DNA of 62,748 nt, the filler included, from Stramenopiles sp. TOSAG23-3 (Eukaryota), in NCBI GenBank assembly GCA_900128585.1. It is 5 parts of 5 records of this genome, joined end to end, with 100 filler letters (N's around TTAATTAATTAA, not from the genome) between each part and the next. Parts side by side here need not be neighbours in the genome. Positions count along the whole stretch, not along the records: positions 19,632 to 39,076 come from LT642400.1; 4 more parts are not named here. One strand, 5' to 3'. Under the pieces are notes generated by a model. The model had not been told where the DNA came from. It was given only the letters and a program-made list of their open reading frames with translations, and did no database searches. Positions 23,335-35,412 of this stretch are shown in pieces. Positions within the stretch are counted from its first letter, which is position 1, and every line of letters starts with the position of its first letter. The position numbers were made by a program, and so were the translations under genes.

Positions 23335-23463
23335 ATAAAAAAAAAAACTAATGATATTATTATGTTTTAAGACTCTCATCTCAAGATTATCCCAATTGTA
23401 GAACTGATCTAATTTTGCAACTGCTAAAATTTTTTCTTTTTTTATAAAAAAAAACTAATGATA
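23335..23463 (+). mobile_element. Copy of repeat module B with locally duplicated flank
   Basis: 23361-23418 matches 2406-2458 (4-nt insertion, 1 mismatch). TTTATAAAA..ACTAATGATAT occurs on both sides. Confidence 0.6.
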
Positions 23464-23734
23464 TATACTCGTAGTATGTATCATATGATATTTTAATTAT
23501 CATATCAATCATACTAGTAATATATGATATAATTAATTTAAAAAAAATAAAATAATTGATAGGAATTACTACTCTTTGTACACAATATGGGAGCATAATT
23601 AAAAATACACTCTCAGCACGCTTTTTAGTATATTTAACCAAAAGCAGAAACGTGCCAGGGGACGCTGTGTGCGCGAAAAAAAACTTTCTACACTACACTA
23701 CACACACACCACGCCCCGGTAATCCAAGATGTAA

Positions 23735-24874
23735 TTACGCAGTAATCTGGCCGTTCGATAGCTTCGCGCTCTTGGCATTGCGTTGCCCCTTGAGTGGCGT
23801 CTTGGCCGCTTTTCGTTTCTCCCCCCCTTCTTTGATTTTCTTCTTCACTTCAGTTCGAGGACTTGATTTTCCGACAGGAACTCCCGCTTTCATAGGATCA
23901 ACGTTGGGGTCGTCCCACAAATGCAAATACCGGCGCCATGACTTCATCTTCGCGTCGAAATTCCTTTTACTAACTCTCTCCAGCTTGTTCGGGGTCACCG
24001 GGTGCCTAAGAACCCCCACAACGCGGTCATTCTTGGGAACGGCCTTTGTATAGTGCTGGTATCCCACGGACATCTTCCCAATATCGATTTGTCTTTGCCG
24101 CTTTTCGATTCTCTTTTCGTTGAGGGGCTCAGGTTTAACTTCTTTTGCGGCCTTCGGCGAGGCCGTTTCTTCTGCAATCTTTGGCAAAGAAGCTACCGGT
24201 TGCCTTGGGGTTGAAGGCAAGGCGCCATTTCCAGCACGGACAACTTGGCTAAACAGTAAGTTGAGTCCGTCACGGCTGCTGTCGAGGCTCAAGTTGAAAG
24301 CAGGCTTTGCTTTGGGCGCGGGCAACGGCCCCTCTGGCACAGAGGCAGCACGTGGCGTGGCGCTGGGAGACGTTTGTAGTTGCGCCCCCGCCCCCTCCGC
24401 GGTCGCCCCGAGCACTTTGCTAAGAAATGATATGCCCTGGACTACTTTGGCGGACTGCTTTTCCGCCGTCTCTGGCTTTATCTGAACGGATCGTTGCTTG
24501 GGTTCGCTCACAGTACTTTCAACAGCTGCGTTGGCATCGCCTCTGAATGACGCCCCTACATTTTCCTGGTCCATTGTCGCCGGCTCCGGCGTTGATTTTG
24601 AACCGCCACGAAGCATCGATGCGAACGAAATGTTCCCGGTCACTTTCCGTGATGTCGAAGCGGTGCTTTCAACAGAGACTTCTGCTGGGGTTCCCACCGT
24701 TTCTGGATCGTCGTTACTCTGTAGCAACGAGGCATAGGATACGTTCCTAGTCACTGCCCGAGATTTGACGGCGGCAGTATCCGCACTGACTTCGGCCGGA
24801 ATTTCCACCGTTTCCGGGTGGTTGGAATACTCCTCGTCGGAATCTGAATCTATACAGTCTCCCCAGTGTAACAT
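23735..24874 (-). CDS. SLBP: Histone mRNA stem-loop binding protein
   Basis: RNA-binding domain RQRQIDIGKMSVGYQHY...HPVTPNK...SKRNFDAKMKSWRRYLHLWD. First ATG at 24874. Confidence 0.9.
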   Translation of the reverse strand: MLHWGDCIDSDSDEEYSNHPETVEIPAEVSADTAAVKSRAVTRNVSYASLLQSNDDPETVGTPAEVSVESTASTSRKVTGNISFASMLRGGSKSTPEPATMDQENVGASFRGDANAAVESTVSEPKQRSVQIKPETAEKQSAKVVQGISFLSKVLGATAEGAGAQLQTSPSATPRAASVPEGPLPAPKAKPAFNLSLDSSRDGLNLLFSQVVRAGNGALPSTPRQPVASLPKIAEETASPKAAKEVKPEPLNEKRIEKRQRQIDIGKMSVGYQHYTKAVPKNDRVVGVLRHPVTPNKLERVSKRNFDAKMKSWRRYLHLWDDPNVDPMKAGVPVGKSSPRTEVKKKIKEGGEKRKAAKTPLKGQRNAKSAKLSNGQITA

Positions 24875-26028
24875 TGTTGTATGCGTCAAAGTTGATCGTT
24901 TACAAAGTATAAAATATTTGTGTATTTATATACGTATGTATTTATGTGCTTGATAGTTTCGAAAATGTTTACAATGTTTCTAATCATAAGAAAAAAAGTA
25001 CAAGTTTATACTTATTCGAGTTTAAAAATTGAATGAAAAAGACGGGCTGGGCTACTATTACTAATAACACTTTTTTTTGAAACAAAAACACCGCCGAAAG
25101 AGAAGAATCTTTTTTCTTCTTCTTCTTCTTTCATTTTTTTAAAAGGCAAATACTATAGAAAACGAAGAAGGCGGGAAAGAAGGAACGGAGTACAGGAGAT
25201 ACCAGTATAGTAAGAAACAGAAGGATGGAGGCGGAATAAATCCAAGAAGTAAATATAAAAATACAAGATTACAAATATTATTACTTATAATATACAATTA
25301 CATTCCTATCATATACCTTCCCAATTCCGATACGATGGATGCTGTGTTTATATAAATTCAAAAAAAGAAAACAAACCTTTGTAACTAACAGATACAAACA
25401 TCTCAACCCGAAGGAAGAGAAAAGAAATAAGTACATAGTATGGTATTCTATAATACTATTTGACTCTATCTATTTTTTTTGGTTATTAATAGGCGTACCA
25501 TTGTTAGTATAGTTATATTATTATAATAATAAAGAAGTCAATTTTATTTTTTTATTTTACCTAAGTCTGCACTTCTTTTTTTGTTGTTGGAGAGGAGGAG
25601 GGGCTCAGGGCTCCTCAGTCTTTATATTTATAATAATAATAATAAAATAATAAATAGCTAAAAAAATAATACGTACTGGCTGGTAGGTACATTTTTTATA
25701 ACAAAATATACATTAAAAAATCGAGAACGAAGTATATCATTCAATTTCATTCTTATTTTGGTAAGTTCAGTCGACGTTAAAGGATCAAATTATTACATTT
25801 TAATGTGTAGATATTTTTATGTTTAAACACGTTTGAAGAAATAAAACGAACGGTTTAGTTTGTGCGTATATAAATATATATATATATATATTTGGACGGT
25901 AAGAAGTTAGGTTGGAAGCAAGCGTGTGCTAGGAGACAGAGGTACGGTTTTGCAAAGGGTCGGTAGAAAGAAACAGCAGCAAGTGTTTGAGCCCAAATAT
26001 ACATGGGATTGGTGTAATCAGAATAGAC

Positions 26029-27511
26029 ATGCCGCCATATGGTTCAGGGAGAAATGTGTACGATTTTCGCGAAGTCAAGAGTGTTCACATGAGAGTTTTC
26101 ACGTTTTTGAGGGTGCTTTTTTTCCTTTCTTTGGTTTTTGATATTGGTACGTCCCCGGCGTATTTTCCTAGGCCTCGGGGACTTTTATCCCTCGGCAACA
26201 ATCACAAGGCAAAGGTGACTGATGCGAGCTGCAAAGCGTACGGCTGGAACGTTTTGTCGGAGAAAGATCGCTCGTATCACGAGATGAACGGGGGGCTTGC
26301 GGCAGACGCTCTGGAACGGGCAAAAAAGAGATGGAAAGACGTCGTCTTTCATTTTCATTACGGGGGTGGCAAGTGGAAAATATATAGCACTCCGGCCAAG
26401 TGCGTGAAGGGTGGAAGGGTGTGCTGGGGACGGACTTTGTCAGTGCTGGAAACCCTCGTTGCTGTAACCGATGGCATCCCTCCCCCGTACAAGTCTACAC
26501 TTGAGAATGTCGACGTTTTGTACTCTCCATGGGACGAGCCGGTGAACTCGAGTGAATATCCTGTCTGGCAATACAACCGTCACTCCAATGCACACGGCGT
26601 GATTTTGCCCTACAACTACGCTTTTGACGACGAACGGTTGCGGGCCTACAAGGAGGACATTGCATCCGTTCGGCGGGCACAGAGCGAGGGCTACCGTGGG
26701 AGTTTTCGGTTGGCCAGCAAACCGCAAAAACCATGCCACCAACGTATGCCTCACACGTACCAGGGAAAGGACGACCGTGCCGTCTTCCGTGGCTCGGCTA
26801 CGTATGCTTCAACGTTTCAAGCCTCGTCTCGGGGGAGAATTTGTGGTATTTTGGAAACGAACGTAGGTTTGCGAGAGAAGGTCGACATTGCTATAGTAGA
26901 AGGGGCACCCGAAGGAACGTACTGCGATAGGAGCCACAAGAGGATTTCACTAGCAGAGCAAGGAACCTGCTACACAATGATTCTTGATATAGAAGGGCAG
27001 TCGTTCTTTACGGACAGAACGCCGATGGTGCTGCTGTTGAACTCGACGCTGGTGCGCCAAGAGCGGGGGGGGCGTGGACTTTTTGACGCCTTTTTTCCTC
27101 AAACCATGGAAGCATTATGTACCGATGGACAAAACGTTCAAAGATATAATAGGGGCAGTGGACTGGGTCAGAGCACACCGAAGGAAAGCGAAAGTTATAA
27201 GCGACGATGCGACAAAGCTAGGGTCCTTTCTTACCACCGACCAAGCCATGATGTGCGCTTATTTCAGTAATTTGAAAATGCTGAGAGATCTCAACAAGGA
27301 GCCGATGGTACAGGCTTTGGAGGACGGGGTGACTCTGCAGCCATCATTTCTTTTCGTTAATTTGCTATGGGAACGCCCCGGCGACGGTGCATGGCGACTC
27401 TTCATTAACATTCCTGGTAATCCGTTTGTTGCAGCCTTCGTTTTTGTTCTGCAAAAACTGTACTATTTCATATTTCAAAGAAAGGATACTTTGAATGGTA
27501 AATTGCTTTGA
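26029..27511 (+). CDS. Glycosyltransferase family 90 (CAP10/KDELC-like), with a +1 frameshift near 27065-27096
   Basis: AVFRGS, ILDIEG and LVRQE lie in one frame; LKPWKHYVPM lies in the +1 frame. The break falls in G8/T6 homopolymers. The N-terminus has a signal anchor, and the start could be 26029 or 26089. Confidence 0.8.
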
Positions 27512-27919
27512 ATTCAACATTCAATTTGATGATGTAGTACTTGGTATTATTTTATTAATACTGTGGTGGTAAAAGAAAGAAGTCTTCAACAATATTGTAT
27601 TATATAATAGCACGAATAATCGTATTCTACTACTATTATACAAGTACATTATAATTATAAAAATTGGAAGAAGGATGATTTTTTTTTTTGTTTCTTTGTT
27701 GTTTTTTCTTCTTCTCTTCTTCTTTGTTGTGGTTGTTGTGGCTGGTGGTGGGGCTCCTGTTGTGTTCTAATATATTCACACATATATATGTGGGGAGTAA
27801 ACTGTTTTTTAAGCGTGTTCGTATCGTTAGGAGCAACACCGAGAGAACTGTTTCGAAGAGAGGGGTAGGGTTTTGTCGTGCGTGAATCAGCGAAAGATTT
27901 TTGGTAGTCGTAACGTAAT

Positions 27920-28615
27920 ATGTCGTCTGCCCGGGGCCAAGATGGGGCAAAGGGTGTCAAGCTAATGGCCGACCTTTCGCATTTAAATTATGAAGTGTAT
28001 CGATCGGTATACGAGCCCGCAGAAGACACCTACTTGTTAATTGACGCGATTATTAAGGACATGATATTTCTTAAAATTTTGAAACCGAAAATTTGCGTGG
28101 AAGTTGGCTGCGGAACGGGTAGTGTCAGTGTAGTTTTGTCACAGGCGCTCAAGAAGGCACGTATACCGGATCCTATGTTCTTTTTGACCGATATCAACCC
28201 TGAAGCAGCAGCCGTTGCCCGTTCAACTTGTGTACATAACAACGTGGCATACTTTGATGTTGTCCGAACCGATCTGCTGGCGTCTTTAAGTAGCCGGCTA
28301 GAAAATAGTATCGACGTCTTGATTTTCAACCCACCTTACGTGCCAACCCCCCCAGAGGAAGTCGGTAGTACCGGAATTTCCGCCGCGTGGGCAGGGGGGA
28401 TTCATGGGCGTGAAGTAATCGACAAGCTACTGCCTCAGCTTGGGAGAGTCCTCTCCCCTAGAGGGGTGTTTTACATGTTGGTAGTAATAGAAAATTTGCC
28501 GGAAGACATTGAAGAAGTGCTCAAAGGGTTTGGTTTTAGCACCAAAACAGTACTTCGTCGACGAGCGAAAAATGAAGACCAGCTGGTGTTAAAGATTTAC
28601 CGGCCAGTCAAATAG
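27920..28615 (+). CDS. N6AMT1: HemK2/Mtq2 eRF1 glutamine methyltransferase
   Basis: VYEPAEDTYLL, EVGCGTG, FNPPYVPT and AWAGG..GREV motifs. Confidence 0.95.
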   Translation: MSSARGQDGAKGVKLMADLSHLNYEVYRSVYEPAEDTYLLIDAIIKDMIFLKILKPKICVEVGCGTGSVSVVLSQALKKARIPDPMFFLTDINPEAAAVARSTCVHNNVAYFDVVRTDLLASLSSRLENSIDVLIFNPPYVPTPPEEVGSTGISAAWAGGIHGREVIDKLLPQLGRVLSPRGVFYMLVVIENLPEDIEEVLKGFGFSTKTVLRRRAKNEDQLVLKIYRPVK

Positions 28616-28977
28616 AGAAGCAAGGTCCGCGCGTGTGCAATAACGCGCCACGCAAAAAGTGAGACTACTCGGTTTTTCGCCCCGAGTCGCAGACTTGGTC
28701 CCCACGCCCCGCTGTACATAATGTTGCGACATAGTTTCTGTATTCAGATAATTCCATTAATATATATTTTAGTGATATTTAATAATTTGTTTTTTATTGA
28801 GAGTAATTCTTCGATTTTTTCGTATAAAATACGAAAAGTAAACGTCAAATATAATTATATATTTTGTTTTTTTAATTATGTGAGATATTTGGAAGACCAC
28901 GCTCTCTGAAAGAGAGATTCAAAGTATAATGGGTGTATATGTTTCCTAACGTGTTTCGACTGGATGGTCAAAGGAAT

Positions 28978-30102
28978 TTAGCGACGAAATTTTTTCCCTT
29001 TTGAGCGGCGGCTCAGGCGTGCTTGCTGAACTTTTTCCATGTACTCCTTTTCCTCCTCGTCTTCCAAGAGTTTCATTTCAAACCCTTGTTCTCCTAGCAA
29101 AAATTCGTCCTTGCTGGCCTTGTACCCTTCCACGACCTTGCTTGCTCCGTCAGCATTGTGCATCCTTACATGCCCTGCAACATCGCCCCTGCTGAAATCC
29201 ACAAAACCAACGTCGCCATATTTAGAAAGAAGCTCCTTTATCGCCTCGCGGTCAACCCCTTCGGGGCAGATACCTTCCAAGTACAGAATGGTCCCCTTTT
29301 CAAACTCTTTTGCGGCCTTTTCTGGACGCGCACGCTTGTTCTGGTTCTCCCCGTTTTCGTCCCCGCCGCGCGATTCCTTGCGCCTGGCATTCAAAAAACT
29401 TACCAGTGATTGCACTTCAAAGGTGGCCCCTTCGAGTTCAAACACTGTGGTTTCTGCTTTTTTCGATTCATCTTCTGTAGTATATTCAACGAAGGCAGTC
29501 CCTGAGAATTTCTTGGTTTCCCTGTCCCGTCGCATTCGTACGCTCGCTACGTCTAGAGAGCCGCCGTCGGAAAACACAGACAGCAACGTGTCGAGGGTAG
29601 CTTCTTCTGGGATCTTGGACGCGAAAATGGTCCTGAATCGGCTCTTATCCTGGTCCGGAAGGGGGTTGCTACGGCGAATTCCTTTTTCATCACTAGATAC
29701 AACCAACTTTGAAGAGTACCCGGCAACAACGGCGGCATTGATGGAATCGTTGCAAAGCGATTTGAGCCGGTTGAACGTCAGCAGGGTGTCCACAGGAACG
29801 AAACCGTCTTTGTCTTCTGCTGCCTTTCCTCTCAAAAAGTTGTCTCGTCGAAAGTTTGAGTCGGAGAAATAAAACTCCAACTGGCGCAAGACCTTGCGCT
29901 CTGCGTCGCTCAACGTAGAGGGGTCTTTTTTCTCAGGGGCTGCTTCGGCAGCGTCACCGGCGGTGGTCTCCGCAGCAATTTCTTCTTTTACAACGTCACC
30001 GGCGGTGGTCTCCGCAGCAGTTTCTTCTTTTACAACGTCACCGGCGGTGGTCTCCGCAGCAGTTTCTTCTTTTGGTGGTTGGGTCTCCGCAACAGTAGCC
30101 AT
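28978..30102 (-). CDS. SSB: La autoantigen homolog (La motif, RRM1, RRM2)
   Basis: RQLEFYFSDSNFRRDNFL...FNRLKSL La motif, FSGTAFVEY RNP1, and a C-terminal FVDFSRGD..GHVR RRM. Confidence 0.9.
   Translation of the reverse strand: MATVAETQPPKEETAAETTAGDVVKEETAAETTAGDVVKEEIAAETTAGDAAEAAPEKKDPSTLSDAERKVLRQLEFYFSDSNFRRDNFLRGKAAEDKDGFVPVDTLLTFNRLKSLCNDSINAAVVAGYSSKLVVSSDEKGIRRSNPLPDQDKSRFRTIFASKIPEEATLDTLLSVFSDGGSLDVASVRMRRDRETKKFSGTAFVEYTTEDESKKAETTVFELEGATFEVQSLVSFLNARRKESRGGDENGENQNKRARPEKAAKEFEKGTILYLEGICPEGVDREAIKELLSKYGDVGFVDFSRGDVAGHVRMHNADGASKVVEGYKASKDEFLLGEQGFEMKLLEDEEEKEYMEKVQQARLSRRSKGKKFRR
29952..30072 (-). repeat. 42-nt coding tandem repeat x~3 in the La N-terminus (KEETAAETTAGDVV)
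   Basis: Near-identical units start at 29952, 29994 and 30036. Confidence 0.9.
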
Positions 30103-31580
30103 TTTACAATATGTTCGAGGGGAAGGGGGGGATACAAAATGAGAGCTTCTTTATGACGTTTCACTATAAGTATGTTTAAAATCAAACTTAAAACAGGAGC
30201 AAAATCTTTTGAATAAAAGTAAACGTTCTATTTATTCTTTACAATGTACGTAGTATGAATCTACTATACAAGAGTAAGTGGTGTGTATCTTACGATTTTA
30301 AAAAATGTGCGAATTTTTTGTTCTACCGACGACCTTTGGTGCTACTACTGTTGTTGTTGAGATTAAGTATTAATATTATTATTATTATTCGTCTACGAAG
30401 TATTTATTGAGTACCGTAGTATTTATACCAAGTAAGAATACCAAGTAAAAAAACAAAAAAATAAATATATTTTTTATTTTGTTTTGTTTTGTTGTTTTGT
30501 TGTTTTGTTTTGTTTTGTTGGAGGAGGAGAACCCAAAAGGAGAAAAGGAGCCCACAAGTTTATTATTATTTTAATAGCCCACCACCACCACCACAAGAAG
30601 AAGCACAAGAAGCACAAGAAGAAACACAAGAAGAAACACAAGCAAAGAGAGCACAAGAAGAACTCCCATCCACGGTCCAGTCCAGTGAGCCGTGAGCCCA
30701 CCCCACCCACCGCCCAGCCAAACTACTACGAATCGTATACAATCAGATCAGCTCATTGCGTCTTTGTATTTCTCTAAATTATTTATAGTCCTTCCTTGTG
30801 TTATTTTATAACTCGTCTCCTATCCTCGTAGTTAGTTAGTTATAAGCAAAATATGAAGAAGAATGGAAGCTAAAATATGAAGAAGAATGGAAGCTAAAAT
30901 ATACGAGTCTAGTCTAGTCAGATATGATACAGTAGTCTCTCTCTCTCTCTTCTCTCTTCTCTCTCTTCTTCACTTCTCTATTTGGATTCTAGTATTCTAC
31001 GTAGTACAAAATAATAATATTTTAGATTTACGTATTTTAGATTTTATTAAGACTGATTTTATTTTTTATTTTTTACTTTGTGGTTGTTGTGTTTTATGAT
31101 TTTGATATAGATGCTATGTATATGTATTTAAGATTTGGATGGTGATGAATGGTTGAGGAAGAAGAAAGAATTTTAATAAAATTAAAAAATAGAAGTAGAA
31201 TTAATTGTATACTTAATATATTATTCCTATTTAAATAATAATATACCATCACTCTGCAAGTTGAAAGCCATGCCCTTTTTTGTACTGCCTTTCCTATTTC
31301 TACTTAAGTATAATATAATAGTGTACACTCTATACCATACTTCTCTATCAAATTTCCAATCAAACAACAACAACATCGGTTCCAATAGTGTGCCTTTATT
31401 ATTTTATCATGAAAACTACTTTTCTTCTTCCTTTATTTCGCATAATGTAAATTACTAATAAAAACACAGTATTAAATAATAATAACAGACACTATTAAAT
31501 AGTATTTCATTAATACATTAATTAGGATGAATTGTATAGTTAACATAAAATTAGAAATTTACACAGTTGTGGTGAGTGAT

Positions 31581-31614
<34 letters not shown>

Positions 31615-32071
31615 GGTTCGGTCCCAGCTCAGTGCCCAAAGAAAGTGGCACCAAGCCCAAATAGCAAAGGCCCAACATTCGCAGCATTGCAGGATCACAG
31701 CATCACCTTCATTAATAAATATAATCACATCATAATTCATCATTGGCACAGCCGGCGCAGCTGCCAGGGGCACAGCAACTAGCAATCGGCGGCGGTGGCG
31801 GCAGATCGATGATCGATGATGATTTTATTTTTTATATTATATTTATTACGTAATAATTTGGTAAATTCTAGAGGAAAAGTAGTTTTACAAAGACATGTGA
31901 CCATCACCCATATATGGTTTCTCTTGCGTTTTTACTTTGGGAAAGGAAGGCGACGTTTCGTACCCGAAGCAATTATTTTATGATCAGGAAACGAAGCGAT
32001 AGTCTGTGCATTTCGTTCTGTAGTTTTTTTGTACACTTTATATTTGAACAACCCACAGGGAGGAAGTAGTA

Positions 32072-32854
32072 ATGCCACAGAACGAACATATTGAACTTGC
32101 GCAGAAGCGTTACGGTAAGCGTCTGGACCATGCAGAGAAGACGAGGAAGAAGGAAGCGAGGGAGGTGCACACCCGTTCATTAATAGCTCGACGTAGTCAT
32201 GGGCTGCGGGCCAAGCTCATAAATGAAAAGAGAAGGAAGGAGAAAATAGAAATGAAGAAGACCATTGCCCAGCATAACGAGCGGAGCAACAAGCACAAGT
32301 CGGAGGACTCTGCCCCGAAGGGAGCCGTGCCGGCGTATTTGCTGGATCGTGAAAAAGTTTCCAGGGCAAAAGTGCTGTCAAATACCGTTAAACAAAAGAG
32401 AAAAGAAAAAGCAGGAAAATGGTCGGTCCCCCTCCCAAAGGTTCGCGCAATTGCCGACGACGAAGTTTTCAAGGTCGTCAAAACCGGGAAACGTAAGAAA
32501 AAAGCGTGGAAGCGAATGATCACGAAGGTAACTTTTGTCGGGGAAGGCTTTACGCGAAAACCACCAAAGTACGAGCGTTTTATTCGTCCGACAGGCTTGC
32601 GGTTTAAAAAAGCCCACGTATGCCACCCAGAACTTCAAGCGACGTTCCATTTGGACATTCTAGGCGTAAAGAAAAACCCACAAAGTGTCATGTACACGCA
32701 GCTGGGTGTGATTACGAAGGGTACTGTGATTGAAGTCAACGTTAGCGAACTAGGGTTAGTAACCACGACCGGGAAGGTTGTGTGGGGAAAGTATGCGCAG
32801 GTCACCAATAACCCGGAGCTCGATGGGTGCATAAATGCGGTATTGCTGGTATAG
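32072..32854 (+). CDS. NSA2: Ribosome biogenesis protein NSA2
   Basis: MPQNEHIE..., [14 protein letters not shown], and ...GCINAVLLV end; 260 aa. Confidence 0.97.
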   Translation: MPQNEHIELAQKRYGKRLDHAEKTRKKEAREVHTRSLIARRSHGLRAKLINEKRRKEKIEMKKTIAQHNERSNKHKSEDSAPKGAVPAYLLDREKVSRAKVLSNTVKQKRKEKAGKWSVPLPKVRAIADDEVFKVVKTGKRKKKAWKRMITKVTFVGEGFTRKPPKYERFIRPTGLRFKKAHVCHPELQATFHLDILGVKKNPQSVMYTQLGVITKGTVIEVNVSELGLVTTTGKVVWGKYAQVTNNPELDGCINAVLLV

Positions 32855-33045
32855 ATGTACAAAGTAACATAAAAAGAATAAAACCCAAACAAATGTTTTT
32901 CATCCTCACAAAATTTTACTTCGTACGAGTACGTGCGTGTAATTCGTACGATCTCTGCCTATAAAAACTGCGCACAACCCACCCCCCAGCAAACTCACAC
33001 ACACCGAATAAAATTCGGCGCAAAAAATGTACGAAAATTTGCATT

Positions 33046-34845
33046 TCACTGTTCATCTGCTTGTGACTTTCGCCTCTCTTCGGAAAGGTCGTTCAAGTAC
33101 TTTTCGTACTCTGGCCACCATGACCCCGAAAAATGGTGCATTGCGAACGAATTTCTATGCAGCGACCCGCAACTTTCTGTTGCAGTACAGGCGTACGAAG
33201 AGGCTTCACGGACCCCTTTACCTAGGTCGTCAGCATTAAACGGGTACAGCCACTTCGTCTCGTCCCGGTGGAAATCCAAAACTCGGATGTCTGCGCGCGG
33301 GTACAGCATACGGTATACAGCGACCATGTTGGTTAACATCTGCGGGCCCGTCGAGTACAAAACCCCAAGGGGACTTTTCCCCTGGACGCTTCGCTCCAGC
33401 TCCCGTCGCATGACTTCGTGAATGACAATCCAGAAGAAAGGGTGCCTTGGAATCGAACCAAGAACGGCACAATTAATGGTTTTTGTTGCAGCCTCCTCCG
33501 CGAGAAATACTCCAGGGCCTTTCCCTTTGTTAGAAGAAAAAACAAGAGGGTCGATCGGTCGAAATGCCTCAAAGTCCATGTCAACGTACACCCCGCCATG
33601 CACAAACATGATCAAATACCTGGCGAAATCGATTTTTTTAATCTTCGAATCTAAGGAAAAAAAGAAGGTCTTGAAGTGCGGGAAGCTTTCCTCAACGAAA
33701 GAGGCTATGCTGGACTCGGTCCACAAACGGTACGACCAGTCCGGGTGGTGAGTTCTCCATGATTTCGACCATTTCAAGAAATTGGCGCTTCTCCAGTCGG
33801 GGTGATCATACATACTCTCATCATGAACTTTCTTCGACCGGTCAACCAAGTCTTGCTCCCCCTGCCACCAAATTTGATGAATTATGCGCGGAATACGGTG
33901 CCCCCATTGCCGAAAATGTCTGCGTTTGGCAACGCGGGGGGCCCGGTCGCCGGTAGGCTCTGTAGAAGGCACAGAGTTCGAAAAATATTTCACGTTGCTA
34001 GATATTAACATATCTCGCAGGGATTTCGTAGCGCTCGTCTTATCCGCCCACGTGTCGAAAGGAAAGCCATCAGCCCTTTCTGATAACGAAAACGTGGAAT
34101 CTTCGTAAAATTCAGAGCGTAAATTGTCCACAGTAACTGTTGCTACATTCGACACCCTTCCGCCAGAAGCAGCATCCGTGGCTTCCGGCTCGACCGTTAG
34201 CCAAATCCTCACGATATAGATGCCTTCTTGAGCAAATCGTGGAGATTCAACTTGGTCTATCGGGCGACAGATAGTCTCTACGCTTTTGTTCAGGTATACT
34301 TGCCCCACTAAAGCTACTTCAGAGCACAACAACGATTTCCCAGGAAGATCATCATAGCCCGATGCAACCGATAGTTGTAAATTTGCCGGCAAACTACGGT
34401 TGTGCACCCGTGTGCCGTCCACCGGCCAATTCAAATTAACTCCGGCTGGAAGGGTGCTGTCATCGGTTACTATGGACATCGACGTAATCGCAGAGTGAAG
34501 CTTTGGACCGGGCCTTTTGAGCAGGTAACGGTAGTCGCTCGTGTCAATTGCGCAACGGTGACTGTTTGAGATTACACCCGCGCACGCAGCTTTTTCGGTA
34601 TCGTTTGGGCCAACGCTCGACCCCAGCCCTGGCTCATACACATCAGCCGCATCAACACACTTTCCCGCAGCCGCACACCAAAGACATTCAGTACCCCCCC
34701 ATACCTCCTCTATACATCCCTGACAGTTCTGTCTCTGACCGCATGGGGTTTGACGAAAAACTTTACCCTCAATCAAACACTGGGTCTCGTCGCGACTAAA
34801 AAACGACAACAAAAGAACCCCCACAACGAAGTTACTCATCCTCAT
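33046..34845 (-). CDS. Glycosyltransferase family 32 (DXD; OCH1/SUR1-like) with N-terminal PSI-like Cys domain
   Basis: IPRIIHQIW, DFARY...GGVYVDMD, STGP and HHFSGSW motifs. Signal peptide followed by C..C..C...CLWC...C. Confidence 0.88.
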   Translation of the reverse strand: MRMSNFVVGVLLLSFFSRDETQCLIEGKVFRQTPCGQRQNCQGCIEEVWGGTECLWCAAAGKCVDAADVYEPGLGSSVGPNDTEKAACAGVISNSHRCAIDTSDYRYLLKRPGPKLHSAITSMSIVTDDSTLPAGVNLNWPVDGTRVHNRSLPANLQLSVASGYDDLPGKSLLCSEVALVGQVYLNKSVETICRPIDQVESPRFAQEGIYIVRIWLTVEPEATDAASGGRVSNVATVTVDNLRSEFYEDSTFSLSERADGFPFDTWADKTSATKSLRDMLISSNVKYFSNSVPSTEPTGDRAPRVAKRRHFRQWGHRIPRIIHQIWWQGEQDLVDRSKKVHDESMYDHPDWRSANFLKWSKSWRTHHPDWSYRLWTESSIASFVEESFPHFKTFFFSLDSKIKKIDFARYLIMFVHGGVYVDMDFEAFRPIDPLVFSSNKGKGPGVFLAEEAATKTINCAVLGSIPRHPFFWIVIHEVMRRELERSVQGKSPLGVLYSTGPQMLTNMVAVYRMLYPRADIRVLDFHRDETKWLYPFNADDLGKGVREASSYACTATESCGSLHRNSFAMHHFSGSWWPEYEKYLNDLSEERRKSQADEQ

Positions 34846-35412
34846 CTTTACTTATTTAATTTTCCACCATTGCACACAAGTTTCACAGCATTTGCATCCT
34901 ATGGAATTTTTAAATCTTTTAAACCCTACCTGTCCTTCTTGTGTCAAGTTCGTTAATATCCATTCTGAAATAGAACGTCGCATGTCTACATTGAATATAT
35001 TACACCAATTAAGTGTAGTGTACGAGAATGATGGAGGGGGGTTCTTCGGCGTAATAATAATTTTAATAATAATATTTTCTTTCCTTCGTTCTTCTTCTTC
35101 CTTCGTCTTATTAGAGAGGAGAAGAAGAAGAAGGAAGAAGAGTTGTTGTTTTGTTTTTTATTTTTTATTTTTTGTTTTGTTTTTGTGTGTTGCGTTCTTC
35201 CTCTGTTCTTCTTTCTTCTTTTCTCGTTGCTCGTTTTGCTCTCGTTCTCTCTTCCGCGCCTCGGTTATTATTGTACTTATAATAATATATGAATACAGTA
35301 TGTCATAGGTACAAAGTAATTCACCACGGACTCCTTTTTGTTGTTGTGTTGTGTTTTTTTTTCACACTCATATTTTTATTACTTCTTCACCTTTGTCAGA
35401 CCTTCTCCTCAT

